A DNA stretch of 64,000 bases from Eledone cirrhosa (GCA_964016885.1 OZ024742.1:365490001-365554000), one strand, 5' to 3'. Positions 45,303 to 58,522 are shown, counted from the first letter of the stretch. A program made the numbers and translations. The notes: generated by a model not told the origin, from the sequence alone.

Positions 45303-46459
45303 TAGTGATATATATATGTGTGTGTGTATGTATATATATCACATTATAACTGAGAAAAATGTTGTATATCTTCAATTATACTGTATGCTCACGTATACTA
45401 ACCATAAGTATACACCTCAATAAGTATTTGATGTCTTGATTATATCAGAGCTACCTTAATATTCCTGTCATAACTGCTAACTATCAATGTTAAACATTTA
45501 ATGTTGATGTAACTATTAATTAGTCATACAGAAACAAAAGCAACATTGTAAAGGACTATAAATGACAGAAATGAGAGGAAAGGGAGACGAGAGGGTGAGA
45601 GACTCTACACCTAGGTCAGAGAGCGTTCGGCAGCATACGACGGACTAAATATATTTCAGCGAAAGTCTAGTCACGAATATAAATTTAGGAAAATCAACAA
45701 AGAGGAAACAAGGCAACGATCGAAAACTGGGAAAACGGAAATCAATTTAAGGGAAAACCTTTAGAAATTAACAACCAAATCGTTTATTGCTCTACATGGC
45801 TCAATACAATAAATGTAATCTGAGTTTTTCGAATATTAATAATTATATTCGAATCGTTTACAATTATGCAAACAACCTCTTAAAGCCATGTCAGTAGAAT
45901 GACTCCATCATTCTTGCTCTTGTGTTGGCATGTAAACAGAGCTGCACACACTAATGTTTCTGATTGATTACCTTTCATCAGTGCAGTGTACTGCTTACCT
46001 GCCAACTGCCAGAGCTAGTGAAAGTATATGATATTTTCTAGAATATAGAGTGACTGATCGGCCTGATTTGCATATTAGCAGGTAGCCTGATCAGCCAGAT
46101 TTGCATATCAGCAGACTGGCCAGTCAGTTTCCTGTATACGAGTGATTAATGGCTGGCTTTGCCATATTTAAGTAACTAAGAAACACCTTATCGGTCTACA
46201 AGGCTGACTACAATAAATGTTATTTTTTGAAAATTAAAATACAAACGAAAGACAGAACTCCATGGTCCATTGAGATGGATTTTGGCAGTTTCGACTCCTA
46301 CCAACGGTATTGTTTGTCCACCCGGGACACAAATCAAATCGCTGTCCAATGGAATAAGAGACAAAACAGCAACTTATAGCAATTAAGCTATGACAAGTAC
46401 ACAGAGTTTCAGGTAACGGCAGGAGAAATGTATTGTGCCTCTCATAGCAACACATGTTC

Positions 46460-46700
46460 ATGAAGGCGTATAGAGTAGTGGTTATTGTGTTGGGCTAACC
46501 ATCATAAACTAGAGAGTTCAATTCCTAGATTATGGGGAGGGCTGCGTTGTTACCTACAGCAAAACACTTTATTTCACGTGGCTTCAGCCAACTTAACCGG
46601 TGAAAATCCGTTGTCCATCGAATTAAAAGGAACCACATTTGTCCCACATTGTGGCACAATGAATCTCCCTGTCTGTGGAAGGGTCAGCCACTTGCACATT
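46460..46700 (+). mobile_element. Degenerate tRNA-derived SINE
   Basis: tagtggtta A-box-like and gagttcaattcc B-box, then a gcaaaacactttatttcac core-like segment. Confidence 0.5.
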
Positions 46701-46787
46701 AGTTTCTAGAGTTGTTCCGTTAATTGAAACAACAGGAGCACTCGTCATCGGAAATGACATATCATCTAACAAACACACACACACACA

Positions 46788-46911
<124 letters not shown>

Positions 46912-46916
46912 AACAT

Positions 46917-46965
<49 letters not shown>

Positions 46966-47085
46966 GTATAGGATTATCCTAGATGCAGTAATGGTTAATT
47001 ACTACACTGGATAACCACCGTGGAAACATTTGTAAGCACACAGAATAAATTACCTTTTCATGATGTCTACCTCTTATTATTCATT

Positions 47086-47128
<43 letters not shown>

Positions 47129-47290
47129 AAACATAAATACGAAGGCATGGTATACATTTCCAATCATTTCAATCACGACACATGTTTCAATAAGAGATAG
47201 ATCGATCGTGTAGCCATGATCGATTATCACTGATCTCGTCAGGTTAAAATGAATTGTCTTCAAATCCTTGATATGAGGGAGAAAATTAAC

Positions 47291-47505
<215 letters not shown>

Positions 47506-47750
47506 GAAGGAGATAACAAACAGAGGTGCAAAAGTCTTATTAGTTTCACGCTTTATATTGGAAATAAAGTTCTATGTGTCGGGTTTAAGCCCTTCTTCAG
47601 GAGTACAAATAGAGAAGGGGTGAGAATGGAGAAACAAAAAGAAGGTCCAGTAAAGACACAAAAAAAAGTGAAAATGAAAAGGTAAAACAAGGAAGCCGTT
47701 AGGTAGTCTTGGTAATGAGTGGCAAGGTAAAGTTGAATGTGTGTTCCTTG

Positions 47751-50154
47751 GCTAGGTATGGTGGGAAAAGAGGAACAACTAGGTATGGTGGGAAAAGAGG
47801 AACAACTAGGTATGGTGGGACAAGAGGAACAACTAGGTATGGTGGGACAAGAGGAACAACTAGGTATGGTGGGAAAAGAGGAACAACTAGGTATGGTGGG
47901 AAAAGAGGAACAACTAGGTAAGGTGGGAAAAGAGGAACAACTAGGTATGGTGGGAAAAGAGGAACAACTAGGTATGGTGGGAAAAGAGGAACAACTACGT
48001 ATGGTGGGAAAAGAAGAACAACTAGGTATGGTGGGAAAAGAGGAACAACTAGGTATGGTGGGAAAAGAGGAACAACTAGGTATGGTGGGACAAGAGGAAC
48101 AACTAGGTATGGTGGGAAAAGAGGAACAACTAGGTATGGTGGGACAAGAGGAACAACTAGGTATGGTGGGACAAGAGGAACAACTAGGTATAGTGGGACA
48201 AGAGGAACAACTAGGTATGGTGGGACAAGAGGAACAACTAGGTATGGTGGGAAAAGAGGAACAACTAGGTATGGTGGGAAAAGAGGAACAACTAGGTATG
48301 GTGGGACAAGAGGAACAACTAGGTATGGTGGGAAAAGAGGAACAACTAGGTATGGTGGGAAAATAGGAACAACTAGGTAAGGTGGGAAAAGAGGAACAAC
48401 TAGGTATGGTGGGACAAGAGGAACAACTAGGTATGGTGGGAAAAGAGGAACAACTAGGTATGGTGGGAAAAGAGGAACAACTAGGTATGGTGGGAAAAGA
48501 GGAACAACTAGGTATGGTGGGAAAAGAGGAACAACTAGGTAAGGTGGGAAAAGAGGAACAACTAGGTATGGTGGGAAAAGAGGAACAACTAGGTATGGTG
48601 GGACAAGAGGAACAACTAGGTATGGTGGGAAAAGAGGAACAACTAGGTATGGTGGGAAAAGAGGAACAACTAGGTATGGTGGGAAAAGAGGAACAACTAG
48701 GTATGGTGGGAAAAGAGGAACAACTAGGTATGGTGGGAAAAGAGGAACAACTAGGTAAGGTGGGAAAAGAGGAACAACTAGGTATGGTGGGAAAAGAGGA
48801 ACAACTAGGTATGGTGGGAAAAGAGGAACAACTAGGTATGGTGGGAAAAGAGGAACAACTAGGTATGGTGGGAAAAGAGGAACAACTAGGTATGGTGGGA
48901 AAAGAGGAACAACTAGGTATGGTGGGAAAAGAGGAACAACTAGGTAAGGTGGTAAAAGAGGAACAACTAGGTATGGTGGGAAAAGAGGAACAACTGGGTA
49001 TGGTGGGAAAAGAGGAACAACTAGGTATGGTGGGAAAAGAGGAACAACTAGGTATGGTGGGAAAAGAGGAACAACTAGGTATGGTGGGAAAAGAGGAACA
49101 ACTAGGTATGGTGGGACAAGAGGAACAACTAGGTATGGTGGGAAAAGAGGAACAACTAGGTATGGTGGGACAAGAGGAACAACTAGGTATGGTGGGACAA
49201 GAGGAACAACTAGGTATAGTGGGACAAGAGGAACAACTAGGTATGGTGGGACAAGAGGAACAACTAGGTATGGTGGGAAAAGAGGAACAACTAGGTATGG
49301 TGGGAAAAGAGGAACAACTAGGTATGGTGGGAAAAGAGGAACAACTAGGTATGGTGGGAAAAGAGGAACAACTAGGTATGGTGGGACAAGAGGAACAACT
49401 AGGTATGGTGGGAAAAGAGGAACAACTAGGTATGGTGGGAAAAGAGGAACAACTAGGTATGGTGGGACAAGAGGAACAACTAGGTATGGTGGGAAAAGAA
49501 GAATAACTAGGTATGGTGGGAAAAGAGGAACAACTAGGTATGGTGGGAAAAGAGGAACAACTAGGTATGGTGGGACAAGAGGAACAACTAGGTATGGTGG
49601 GACAAGAGGAACAACTAGGTATGGTGGGAAAAGAGGAACAACTAGGTATGGTGGGAAAAGAGGAACAACTAGGTATGGTGGGAAAAGAGGAACAACTAGG
49701 TATGGTGGGAAAAGAGGAACGACTAGGTATGGTGGGAAAAGAGGAACAACTAGGTATGGTGGGAAAAGAGCAACAACTAGGTATGGTGGGAAAAGAGGAA
49801 CAACTAGGTATGGTGGGAAAAGAGGAATGACTAGGTATGGTGGGAAAAGAGCAACAACTAGGTATGGTGGGAAAAGAGGAACAACTAGGTATGGTGGGAC
49901 AAGAGGAAAAACTAGGTATGGTGGGAAAAGAGGAACAACTAGGTATGGTGGGAAAAGAGGAACAACTAGGTATGGTGGGAAAAGAGGAACAACTAGGTAT
50001 GGTGGGAAAAGAGGAACAACTAGGTATGGTGGGAAAAGAGGAATGACTAGGTATGGTGGGAAAAGAGCAACAACTAGGTATGGTGGGAAAAGAGGAACAA
50101 CTAGGTATTGTGGGAAAAGAGGAACAACTAGGTATGGTGGGAAAAGAGGAACAA
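47751..50154. repeat. 27-bp minisatellite (ctaggtatggtgggaaaagaggaacaa) x ~89
   Basis: Direct reading; constant unit length with substitution variants. Confidence 0.98.
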
Positions 50155-50252
50155 CGGAACAAAACAAGAAAGATGACAAACAAGTTAGAGGTAAATAGAG
50201 AGAGAAAAGATTAGGATCGTGGTGTCAAAATATCATTCTTGTTTATTCAGGT

Positions 50253-50335
50253 GTGACGCACGTTTCGCTATTGATCATCTCATAGTTCGATTTATATCGA
50301 TCTGGGGCGAATGTGTAACCAAATGCTCATCAGAC
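50253..50335 (-). ncRNA. HHR motif with long stem II insert
   Basis: Minus strand reads gt-CTGATGA-GC...GC-GAAA-CGTGC-GTC-ac. Confidence 0.6.
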
Positions 50336-50614
50336 TATTAGTTCGTTCATGATGGAAGATATCCGAGTAAAGCTTTAAAAAACATAGTTTAACACCAATG
50401 TGTAACACCAAGTACTAGACTTAAATGGACATAAGTTCGCATCGAGTGCTCTAGCTGATGATACAACAGTAAACTAAAGCTATATATATATATTTGACGG
50501 TTCAATACAAACCTTCGTCATCTCAATGAACATGGAGCTCAGTTCTGGCTTGAGAGTTTATGTGGCTTTTTAGACCAGATGTACATAAAAAATGTCGTCA
50601 GCATAAATTTCAGT

Positions 50615-52400
50615 TTAGTTTCGGTGTAGCTTCATCTGAGTTATCTGATCTTGGTGAAAATTGAAATGTCTCTGTAGACCTCCTTTAGATTTGCATATTT
50701 TGTGACATATGTGACATTGGTAAATGTGAACAGGTTGTAATGTTCTGAGGTCAGTAGGGAGTGTCCTGTTATGTGTTCTTATGTAAGATTGAAGTCCAGC
50801 TTCTGACAACTGGTTGGTATGTTCTGAGGTTAGTAGGCAGTGTCCTATTATGTGTTCTCATGTAAGATTTAAGTCCAGCTTCTGACAACTGGTTGGTATG
50901 TTCTCAGGTTTATAAGAAGTGTCCTATTATGTGTTCTCATGTAATATTGAAGTCCAGCTTCTGACAACTGGTTGGTATGTTCTGAGGTCAGTAGGCAGTG
51001 TCCTATTATGTGTTCTCATGTAAGATTGAAGTCCAGCTTCTGACAACTGGTTGGTATGTTCTGAGGTCAGTAGGCAGTGTCCTATTATGTATTCTCATGT
51101 AAGATTGAAGTCCAGCTTCTGACAACTGGTTGGTATGTTCTGAGGTCAGTAGGCAGTGTCCTATTATGTGTTCTCATGTAAGATTGAAGTCCAGCTTCTG
51201 ACAACTGGTTGGTATGTTCTGAGGTCAGTAGGCAGTGTCCTATTATGTGTTCTCGTGTAAGATTGAAGTCCAGCTTCTGACAACTGGTTGGTATGTTCTG
51301 ATGTTAGTAAGAAGTGTCCTATTATGTGTTCTCATGTAAGATTGAAGTCCAGCTTCTGACAACTGGTTGGTATGTCCTGAGGTTAGTAGGCAGTGTCCTA
51401 TTATGTGTTTTCATGTAAGATTGAAGTCCAGCTTCTGACAACTGGTTGGTATGTTCTGAGGTCAGTAGGCAGTGTCCTATTATGTGTTCTCATGTAAGAT
51501 TGAAGTCCAGCTTCTGACAACTGGTTGGTATGTTCTCAGGTTAATAAGAAGTGTCCTATTATGTGTTCTCATGTAATATTGATGTCCAGCTTCTGACAAC
51601 TGGTTGGTATGTTCTGAGGTCAGTAGGCAGTGTCCTATTATGTGTTCTCATGTAAGATTGAAGTCCAGCTTCTGACAACTGGTTGGTATATTCTGAGGTT
51701 AGTAAGAAGTGTCCTATTATGTGTTCTCATGTAAGATTGAAGTCCAGCTTCTGACAACTGGTTGGTATGTTCTGAGGTCAGTAGGCAGTGTCCTATTATG
51801 TGTTCTCATGTAATATTGAAGTCCAGCTTCTGACAACTGGTTGGTATGTTCTGAGGTCAGTAGGCAGTGTCCTATTATGTGTTCTCATGTAAGATTGAAG
51901 TCCAACTTCTGACAACTGGTTGGTATGTTCAGAGGTCAGTAGGCAGTGTCCTATTATGTGTTCTCATGTAAGATTGAAGTCCAGCTTCTGACAACTGGTT
52001 GGTATGTTCTGAGGTTAGTAAGAATTGTCCTATTATGTGTTCTCATGTAAGATTGAAGTCCAGCTTCTGACAACTGGTTGGTATGTTCTGAGGTTAGTAA
52101 GAAGTGTCGTATTATGTCTTCTCATGTAAGATTGACGTCCAGCTTCTGACAGGCAGATTCTGCCACAAACTGAACCAGTAGAAAAATTCCCATTAATTTC
52201 TTATTCACTTACTGGTTGTTTTTTCCTTTTGTTCCTATTGATATTTACTTGTATTAATCAATTTTGCTCAAACGTTTTCATACCATCCCATATTTTTTAG
52301 TGCCAGGTAGAGCAAACCACTTCAAGTGATTCCAGGTTTCTTTGGATCGATTTCTACATTCTTACAGTTCTCCCTAAGACCCTCGTATTGGTACTGATTG
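50615..52400 (-). mobile_element. RTE-type LINE 3' remnant with C2H2 fingers, expanded by a minisatellite
   Basis: Minus strand: degenerate ..WDGMKTFEQ..NRNKRKKQ..VCGRICLSEAG..H, then the array, then YQCHICHKICKSKGGLQRHFNFH. Confidence 0.6.
50742..52151. repeat. 79-bp minisatellite x ~18
   Basis: Unit gttctgaggtcagtaggcagtgtcctattatgtgttctcatgtaagattgaagtccagcttctgacaactggttggtat. Confidence 0.97.
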
Positions 52401-53083
52401 TGGGCCGAACAATAACAGTGATAATCTGTGAACAGATATGATTTATCCAAAATATCAACCAGTTTGTTATGAGACAACATATGGCTTCAGTGATGATTGT
52501 AGCCGTTCTGGATATTACCAACGTCTAAAAATATGTAGGAACTTTTGTGGTTAGAAGGATTTAACACAAATTACTATTTGCCACCGTTGGTTTTTATAAC
52601 TGAAACACACTATTTCTGATTTTGGCAATTTTCCAATTACCAAATAGAGAGTTAAAGGAACATTTCAATAAATAAAGCTGCAAACTTTCTAATTATAAAT
52701 AAATAAATAAATACTACAAGGGGAATATATGAGACTGTGGCGCTATCAGTGATGTATCTCGAAACTAAAGTTAAATAAATGAAACCTCGTTACACAGTTT
52801 ATAAAACTATCCCACCATCTTGTTGAATAATATATATTAGAGAGTCTAATAAGCAAAATCTCATCAAGTTTCATTTCACTGATAAAAGAAATAAAGAGAA
52901 GTTGGTACATTTGGTATTATAAAGTAGAGAAATCATTGGGAACTTTCAAAAAGAAATAAGAGTTTTAAAATATTAGAAACATAAACGAATATAAAAAATA
53001 TATAACATTCAAAGAGTTGATGTGTATATAAATACATAGATTAGTGTTTATATATATTTATTTATCATTTATATATATATGTA

Positions 53084-53126
<43 letters not shown>

Positions 53127-53155
53127 TATATATATATATAAATATATATATATAT

Positions 53156-53235
<80 letters not shown>

Positions 53236-53254
53236 GAATGTATGTGTCTGCATA

Positions 53255-53302
<48 letters not shown>

Positions 53303-53366
53303 TTAATATAGATGAGATTCTACAGGACTAGAACTGTTTCATTCATTAGAAATCATCAGGAATCTC

Positions 53367-53417
53367 AGATTCCTGATGATTTCTAATGAATGAAACAGTT
53401 CTAGTCCTGTAGAATCT
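53367..53417 (+). ncRNA. Type I hammerhead ribozyme (exact mirror on - at 53315-53365)
   Basis: agattc-CTGATGA-TTTCtaatGAAT-GAAA-CAG ttctagtc CTG-TA-gaatct. Confidence 0.88.
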
Positions 53418-53500
53418 CATCTATATTAAAACTGTTATACTCTGCTATGTATTGAGTACCTTACTTACTGTGGTTACCTCCGATTCAACCCGGAATAACG

Positions 53501-53531
<31 letters not shown>

Positions 53532-53550
53532 GAATGTATGTGTCTGCATA

Positions 53551-53597
<47 letters not shown>

Positions 53598-53911
53598 TAT
53601 ACACTATATAAATGTATGTATATGTGTGTGTGTGTGTGTATATTACATGATATTCTCACTCCGAAGTATATTACATAGTGTGTGAAAGAGCAGATGGTGA
53701 CAGGAGAGGTTCTCCTACCATCAATTATGTAATATGTTACAGCTGACAGGCAAACGAAGCTGCGATAAAACCTCTAAATACTTCCTTGCAATAAATATCT
53801 CTACAGTGTAACTACCGCCATCTTGTCATTATACCTTACTGGATCAAACTTGGCAGGCATGGAAAAGATATATATGCATTTCAACATATATACGTATATA
53901 CCCATATACAA

Positions 53912-54051
<140 letters not shown>

Positions 54052-54070
54052 AACACTTGTGATTATTTAT

Positions 54071-54109
54071 GCCCTTGAGAAGCCCAACTGGGCGAAACGT
54101 ACGTAGGTG
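54071..54109 (+). ncRNA. Minimal HHR, U3-A8 variant
   Basis: cc-TTGAGAA-GCCCaactGGGC-GAAA-CGTACG-TA-gg; palindromic stem III. Confidence 0.7.
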
Positions 54110-54321
54110 ATATTTTAAATAAACATGTTTTAACGGTCTATTCTCCGACTTTTTACTTTCCACGTGCTTACGCTCTGCTAACTCTCTAGCCCACTAAATA
54201 TTAACACTTCGAATATTTAATACTGCCGGCACTTGTATCGAGCACCTTTGGCATACGCTACTTGGCAAATAACTATATGTATCACCTATCCCTCCTTTTT
54301 CTCTCTTTCTCGATACGTAAA

Positions 54322-54357
<36 letters not shown>

Positions 54358-54360
<3 letters not shown>

Positions 54361-54565
54361 AAAAGAGTCAGAACCCCGACGGCAGAGTCAAGACGTTTCG
54401 ACAGCTATTTCTGGACTCAAATAATAATCCAGAAATAGCTGCCGAACCGGCTTCAGCTCTGCCGTTGGGGTTCTGACTCTTTTCCTATTACCCACTCTAC
54501 TACCCAAACTCTCGAGTACTCTGGTGCGTTAGGGTTAGGGTTAGTTCCTTACCACACTCCTTCGT

Positions 54566-54567
<2 letters not shown>
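54358..54567 (+). repeat. Fold-back of an element-C-related pLTR end (3' half of HHR plus tail; another tail at 63293-63372)
   Basis: 54358-54415 is the approximate reverse complement of 54427-54487. The tail ctattacccactctactac..gagtactctggtgcgtta matches the reverse complement of 31068-31150. Confidence 0.75.
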
Positions 54568-54596
<29 letters not shown>

Positions 54597-54664
54597 GTAG
54601 AACACTGGAAGGTAATATCCCTAGTGGTAGAGCACTCAGTCCATGGGACGAGTTAGGTAGAAAT

Positions 54665-54824
54665 GTTTACACAACAGTTAGTTCACCATACCGAGAATAA
54701 TAGTTTCACCTTAGCGGATCCTCAGCTCGTTTACGAGCTGAGGATCCGCTAAGGTGAACGAGCTGAGGATCCCCTAAAGTGAAACAATTGTACTCGATAT
54801 GGTGAACTAACTGTTGTGTAACCA

Positions 54825-54826
<2 letters not shown>
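54665..54826. repeat. Fold-back with triplicated HHR core; complete motif at 54759-54796 (+)
   Basis: Palindrome 54705-54758; cgag-CTGAGGA-TCCcctaaAGT-GAAA-CAATTG-TA-ctcg. Same family as 59296-59331. Confidence 0.75.
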
Positions 54827-54891
<65 letters not shown>

Positions 54892-55586
54892 AAACATAAA
54901 TTATCGAGATTCGCATTTCGGCCCACGAAATAACGAAAAACAACCTCCGAGATGTAAGGCAAGTGCTCAATGATTCAGATGAACCAGAGCTATAACAAAC
55001 GTTAAAGGCCAAACACACTGAGACGATGGTTAAACAATCATTCGCATAGCCAAAAAAACGATCAAGTAATTCGGGTATTGAAAATTTACCCGGACACCTG
55101 GAAGGTTGGTAAAATCCAGTATTTGGGTTTCTGCGGCTCCTAAATCAAGTACCGTCCGCTTACATAAATAATGTCAGGCTTCTGGTAAGGCGATTGATCA
55201 AGGAAGCCACTTTCTCAACAGGTTTTAGTTCAATGTTATACAAGGACTGACTATTGCTGACTCCACGTGGGGATCGGCAAGGGAGGCAGCCCCTATATCA
55301 GGCGAATAAATTCAGTTGTGTATATTTTTGCAACAATGCAAAAACATCACAAATCGAATAGAGTTCTCAACAGAAGGGTTAAAATTAACATAAGCTATTC
55401 ATCAGTCAATAGAATCAACTAAAAAATCAAGAAAATTAACTGGTCAATAGCTAGAGTCTGGAGATAAATACAAACATAAATTATCGAGATTCGTATTTCG
55501 GCCCACGAAATAACGAAAAACAACCTCCGAGATGTGAGGCAAGTGCTCAATGATTCAGATGAACCAGAGCTATAACAAACACGGCG

Positions 55587-55826
55587 TTGACTAACAGCGG
55601 CTTCTCACAACCTATCACCTACTCTCCGACTAGCAACAACACCATTAAGAAAAGTAAGCGCATCAATAGACACACTATCTGGTTCTCTCCTCCCTTCTCA
55701 CTCAACGTTAAAACCAATGTAGGAAAGAAATGTCAAGCCCTCTTAGATAGACACTTCCCCATAGGTCATAAATACCGGTCCATCTTTAATCGACACAAAG
55801 TTAAACTAGGATACTCCTGCGCTAAG

Positions 55827-55871
<45 letters not shown>

Positions 55872-56762
55872 ATTCCACAATAACAGGAAAAGGAAGATTA
55901 TTTGGTTCACACCCCCCTTCTCTCTAACTGTCAAAACTAATGTAGGAAGGAAATTCCTTGAACTATTAGACAAACATTTTCCTCCTAATCATAGTTATTA
56001 TAAGATATTTAATAGGAACGTAGTTAAGATCAGCTACTCTTGTTGCCCATCTATGAAGTCCAATATCACCAGTTCAAACCGTACGAGAATAAATCCAGGA
56101 TGCAGTTGCAGGAAGCCGGATGAATGCCCATTGCAGGGTAAATGTAACACCAAATCTGTCGTTTATGAGGCTAAGAAAACACCAGTAATCAACAACCAGC
56201 CAGCCAGGAGTGAGCGATATGTTGGTATGACCCAGGACAGGTTTAAAACCAGATTTTACTCACATGTCGCTTCTTTTAAGCACTCCGATAAACGAACATC
56301 AACGGCCCTCGCAAGTAAGGTGTGGGAACTCAAGGATAGTAAGATCCCGTACTCTATTGATTGGTCTATATTAGACCATTCGAGGGAGTACCAAAGGGGC
56401 ACAAAGAATTGTTCTTTGTGTACCACAGAAAAGTATAGGATTTTGCTAAACTTGAGAGCCACTTCCGCTTGCCTTAACTCAAAGACTGAGATCTTCAGAT
56501 GCTGTCCTCATCTGAAATCGTGATCTGATCTGTAACTGGATTGACACTCCTATGATAAATCAACCGCCTTGAACTCCTTTCCTGCTCTTTACTTCTGATA
56601 CGGTTTTTATTTTGCTGATTCTACGTTCTGTACTCTTGTATATTTACTTATATTTTTTTCTCCCTTACCTCCCCTTATATTTTACCTTTTCTTATGCCCC
56701 CCCCCCATATATTCTTTTTGCCTTGCCCTTCACATACCTATGTGTATGTGTATGTATATTTG

Positions 56763-56793
<31 letters not shown>

Positions 56794-56802
56794 ATACATA
56801 TG

Positions 56803-56833
<31 letters not shown>

Positions 56834-56990
56834 ATGTGTATGTGTGTATATATATGTATATATTTGTGTGTGTATATGTATGTATATGTGGATAAACCAT
56901 GTTTTTTTCATTCTGAAGATTGAAAGGAAATTTTTTTTGCTTTTAAGAAACCACTGGTGAATGGAATAATTGCCTTATGTTGCTTTATTA
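55587..56990 (+). mobile_element. Two juxtaposed PLE 3' fragments (thumb region; GIY-YIG 56053-56523) with 3' HHR 56909-56963
   Basis: IWFSPPFSLNVKTNVG occurs in two related versions (55670 and 55895); CSCRKPDECPLQGKC, VVY..YVGMT, RFYSH, CSLCTTE. Confidence 0.85.
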
Positions 56991-57094
56991 CTTTACTACT
57001 ATATATACGTATATGTAAGGTTCATATTAATTATCTAAGACTGAGTTTTGCACATACACACATGTATGTGTGTGTGTATGTGTATGCATATGTA

Positions 57095-57159
<65 letters not shown>

Positions 57160-57192
57160 GTGTGTGTATATGTATGCGTGTGTATGTATATA

Positions 57193-57246
<54 letters not shown>

Positions 57247-57816
57247 TATTTGGTTGTGCGTGTTTATGATATGTACGTATTTGTATGTGTATAATTGTTT
57301 AGCTATGTATGTATAGTGTGTGTATTTACACGTATATGTGTGTGTGTGTGCGTTTATATTTATGTGTGAGAGTGTGTGTATGTGTTTACGATTTCGTACG
57401 TATGTATAAGTGCATTTGTGTGTATTACTTACCACGCGTGTCTGTCCAGTTAGCTGCCTTATGTAACGGTGTCAAAATTTTTTAATATATATATATTTTT
57501 TTCTTATATTTATTTGCGTGTGTGAATATGTAGAGGAGTGCATTTATGTATGTGTATGTATGTACGTATGTATATATGTATGATTGTGTGAATGTATGTA
57601 TGTATATGTGTGTGTGTATGGCTATGTTTGTGTATGTGTATGCTTGTACACACATGTATATATATGTATGTGTATATGTGTATATATATATATATGTATA
57701 TATATGTGTGTATATATGTGTGTGTGTGTGTGTGTATGTATGAATGTATGTATTTGTATATGTGTATGTATGTGTATGTGTATATAAGTGTATGTTTTAT
57801 ATATATGTGTATGTGC

Positions 57817-57894
<78 letters not shown>

Positions 57895-57926
57895 AGATCA
57901 AAAGATGGTTAAAGGAGTTCCATATA

Positions 57927-57993
57927 TTTTATTATGCGCATTTCAAAAACAAACATCATCAAGCAATAATATTTGTGTTTTCATCAGATAAAA
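57927..57993 (-). ncRNA. Type I HHR
   Basis: Minus strand reads ttttat-CTGATGA-AAACACAAAT...ATGTTTGTTTTT-GAAA-TGCGCA-TA-ataaaa. Confidence 0.72.
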
Positions 57994-58102
57994 CAGGAGA
58001 AGATGATATGAAGGCTAAAAAACACTTGTGGATAGTGCAGTTTTAAATCAACATTATCCGATATCTGCATTGCTTTATTGTACTACAATAAAACTCACCT
58101 CC

Positions 58103-58159
<57 letters not shown>

Positions 58160-58306
58160 ATGTATGCTTTTGTGTTTTTGTGTGTGTGTTTGCATGTGTA
58201 GTTTTATTTTATTTTTCCTTTCCTTCTTCCTTCTCCAACCTCACTTTCATATAGATTGCATTTTTGTTTTTATAATCCAAATTCAATAAAGAAACCAGGA
58301 TTTTTT

Positions 58307-58360
58307 CATTCTGAGGATTGAAAGCAAAACCTTTTGCTTTTAAGAAACCACTGGTAAATG
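58307..58360 (+). ncRNA. Type I hammerhead ribozyme
   Basis: catt-CTGAGGA-TTGAAAGCAAAA cc TTTTGCTTTTAA-GAAA-CCACTGG-TA-aatg. The sibling at 56909-56963 has an uncleavable GUG. Confidence 0.85.
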
Positions 58361-58463
58361 GAATAATTGCCTTATGTTGTTTATTACATAATAATAATTA
58401 AGCTCTGTTGCCTACATAGAGCACTCTTTTTTCCTGGACTTTTCCGACGGAATTACTTCATTT

Positions 58464-58522
<59 letters not shown>

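Noticed and set aside
47553-50198. 876-aa, 826-aa and GMVGKEEQL repeat ORFs as genes
   Set aside because: The 27-bp unit lacks stops in several frames by composition, the plus frame has scattered stops, and there is no credible start or unique domain.
50452-50482. CTGATGA-TACaacaGTA as an HHR
   Set aside because: GAAA is missing and stem III cannot form; at best a relic.
47751-52151. CRISPR-like arrays
   Set aside because: Contiguous tandem units with no unique spacers, no cas genes, and a eukaryotic context.
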